Part shown: positions 62,115 to 64,000 of the stretch, one piece after another
Layout of the letters: each line of letters opens with the position of its first letter
How positions within the stretch are numbered: the first letter of the stretch is position 1
Assembly (NCBI GenBank): GCA_039621445.1
Contig: CP154954.1
Coordinates: forward strand, 21,898,954-21,962,953
DNA from: Euglena gracilis
Taxonomy: Eukaryota
Length of the DNA stretch: 64,000 bases
Direction: 5' to 3'
Notes under the pieces: generated by a model
Database searches by the model: none
Seen by the model: only the letters and a program-made list of their open reading frames with translations
What the model was told of the DNA's origin: nothing
Made by a program: the position numbers and the translations under genes

Positions 62115-64000
62115 GCCGACCCCCCCCGGGGGGGAGGGGTCCGGGTCAAGACCATTCGGGCTCCGCACGGCGAGATGGTGAGGTCCTGCTTTCCTTGCCG
62201 GCTGTTCCGTTCTGGTGTGTTTGTGCGTGTGCGGGGGGGTGCTTCTTACTGCTTTTTGTTGCTGGAGTTGGCTGATTCCTATTTCTGCCCTCAAGGAGAA
62301 AGAGTTTTACTTTTACGAGTTCAAGTGGAATTATTTTACGAGGAGTACTACTTTCCCAAAGACCATCACTTTGACCAACTGGTGGACCGAACTTTTTCGG
62401 AACTTCAACTTCCTGACGGAAGAATTCAACTCCTCGAGTTCAACTGGAATTATTCCCAGAAGTATTGCAATTGCCACAACAGAGATCAATGAATTTCAAA
62501 GAAACTCTGAATTTCAAGAAGAACTTCAAAGAACTTCCAAGAAGTCAGCTGAAGCTGGGGAAGGTGGAGACACAGCAGCTGCTGCAGAAGCTGGAGGGGC
62601 GGCAGCAACACACCTGTCCGTTGCCATCGCAACCCCCCACCGCATCAGAGATTTCAAAATCCCCCTCTCAACATGAGAATGGCCATGGAACATGGACAAC
62701 TGTGGTCAGGAGGACAAGAAGGCAGAAGGGGAATACCATCACAGGTCCAACAGACTCCCCCCCTTTTTCTATGTCCCCCTCCTTCCAGGGGACAAAGCGA
62801 GGGCTACGGCAGATTTTCAACAAATATCAGAAATCCAAAGGATTCAAGTCATCATGGCTATGGCAGCCAGCATCCAAAAGGACCTGGGGTCCAGAATCAA
62901 GGCTATGGAAGCCATCATTCAAGAGGGCAGTGGACCCATGGGCAAGGCTGTGGCAGCCAGTGCCCCAGACTGGAAAGATCCCACTGGGGAAGGGTATGTC
63001 CAACTTACCCCACAGCTCTCTCAAACATAAACCCCTCAGGAGCTGCCCATCCAAGCAAGCAGTCCCCCCTTCAGGGGAAGGCCAATGGAGGCCATTATAT
63101 GCAAGAGGCCAATGGAGGCCAGGGGAAGCATCAAAATATCAAGGCCAATGGAGGTCATTTCAATCAAAATCAGGTTGCCATTGGAGGCCAGTGCATTCCA
63201 GATCACATCAGCCCTTGGGGGGGGCGGCCCAAGATTGGCTACACCAGGGCCCCCCAAGAAGGTAATCAGCCCACACCCCCCAGCTATATATGTACCTCCC
63301 CATTGCAGACACAGACCTTCCCCCATCTTTCAAATTCAGGGGGAAAGCCTGTCTTTGAGCAGCCCTATGGCAGGGCCAGAGGTGACCCCAGTGATGGGGC
63401 TGCCAGGGAGGACCCCAGTGATGGGGCCAGGGGGAAGGACCCCAGTGATGGGGCCTGTGGAATCCCCAGACACATTACACCCAGGGGTGCCCCCCTACAG
63501 AGCCCTGCAGGCCAGCATTCCCCATTGGTTCAAGGCAGGAGCCAGCACAGAGGTATATAACTTTCTAAGGGAAGGGGTCAGGGCAGATATTCTCCTCCCC
63601 CCTCAGATGTCCTTAAAAGTTCCCTTCAAAACTCCCCAAGAAATAATGACTGCCCAGAAAATTCTGAGGGAATACGAATGTGCAGCGGCAACCAGCCAAA
63701 TCACCCCAGAGGAGGCAAAACATTTTGTCCCTTATTTTATCATTCCCAAAGAGGAAGGGGGAAAGACAAAGGAAAGACTAATTTCAGATTGTCGACAGTT
63801 AAATCTCCATTTCACCCCCCAGAAGTTCAGATTGGAACACATGGGAAACATCTTCCCATATCTCAGAAAAGGTTGGTTCTGTGGAAAAATAGATCTGAAA
63901 GACGATTATTTCTACTTAAAGCTGCACAGCAGACTGGAAAAACATGTTTGCATGCAGGTGGGGGGGGGGAGAAACGTGGCAATTTCAATCTGCATGCTTT
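62115..64000 (+). mobile_element. DIRS-type retrotransposon (gag-like region, then RT from about 63480), runs off the right edge
   Basis: FVPYFIIPKEEGGKTKERLISDCRQLN, KFRLEH, GWFCGKIDLKDDYF; short tandem repeats at 63080-63190 and 63383-63455. Confidence 0.85.

Noticed and set aside
31811-62119. TSD for a 30-kb element A (GCCGG / GCCGA)
   Set aside because: It requires shifting the LTR end by 3 nt and still has a mismatch.

Overview
This is eukaryotic, transposon-dense DNA. The host is probably a photosynthetic euglenid, inferred from a spliced RbcX gene with a euglenid-style plastid presequence. Positions 1-2.8 kb are a (CAG)n array. Positions 4.6-14.5 kb hold a GT-AG spliced RbcX (Rubisco assembly chaperone) gene whose introns carry MITEs. 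Positions 15-31.8 kb contain MITEs, a DIRS relic (RT, RNase H, adenine MTase, tyrosine recombinase) broken by truncated LTR copies and a Copia-like relic, and a large decayed orphan ORF. The main finding lies at 31.8-62.1 kb: two divergent chromodomain Ty3/Gypsy elements (A and B). Each carries a compact C5-cytosine DNA methyltransferase domain between gag and protease and an RRM-like segment in gag. B (about 15 kb; AGTT...AACT LTRs, tRNA-iMet PBS, apparent 2-bp AT TSD, 2.3-kb GC tandem array) is nested in the gag of A. A CpG-depleted DIRS element runs off the right end. Differences between repeat copies look biased toward substitutions that lengthen homopolymer runs. All family calls come from manual motif recognition; no database searches were run.
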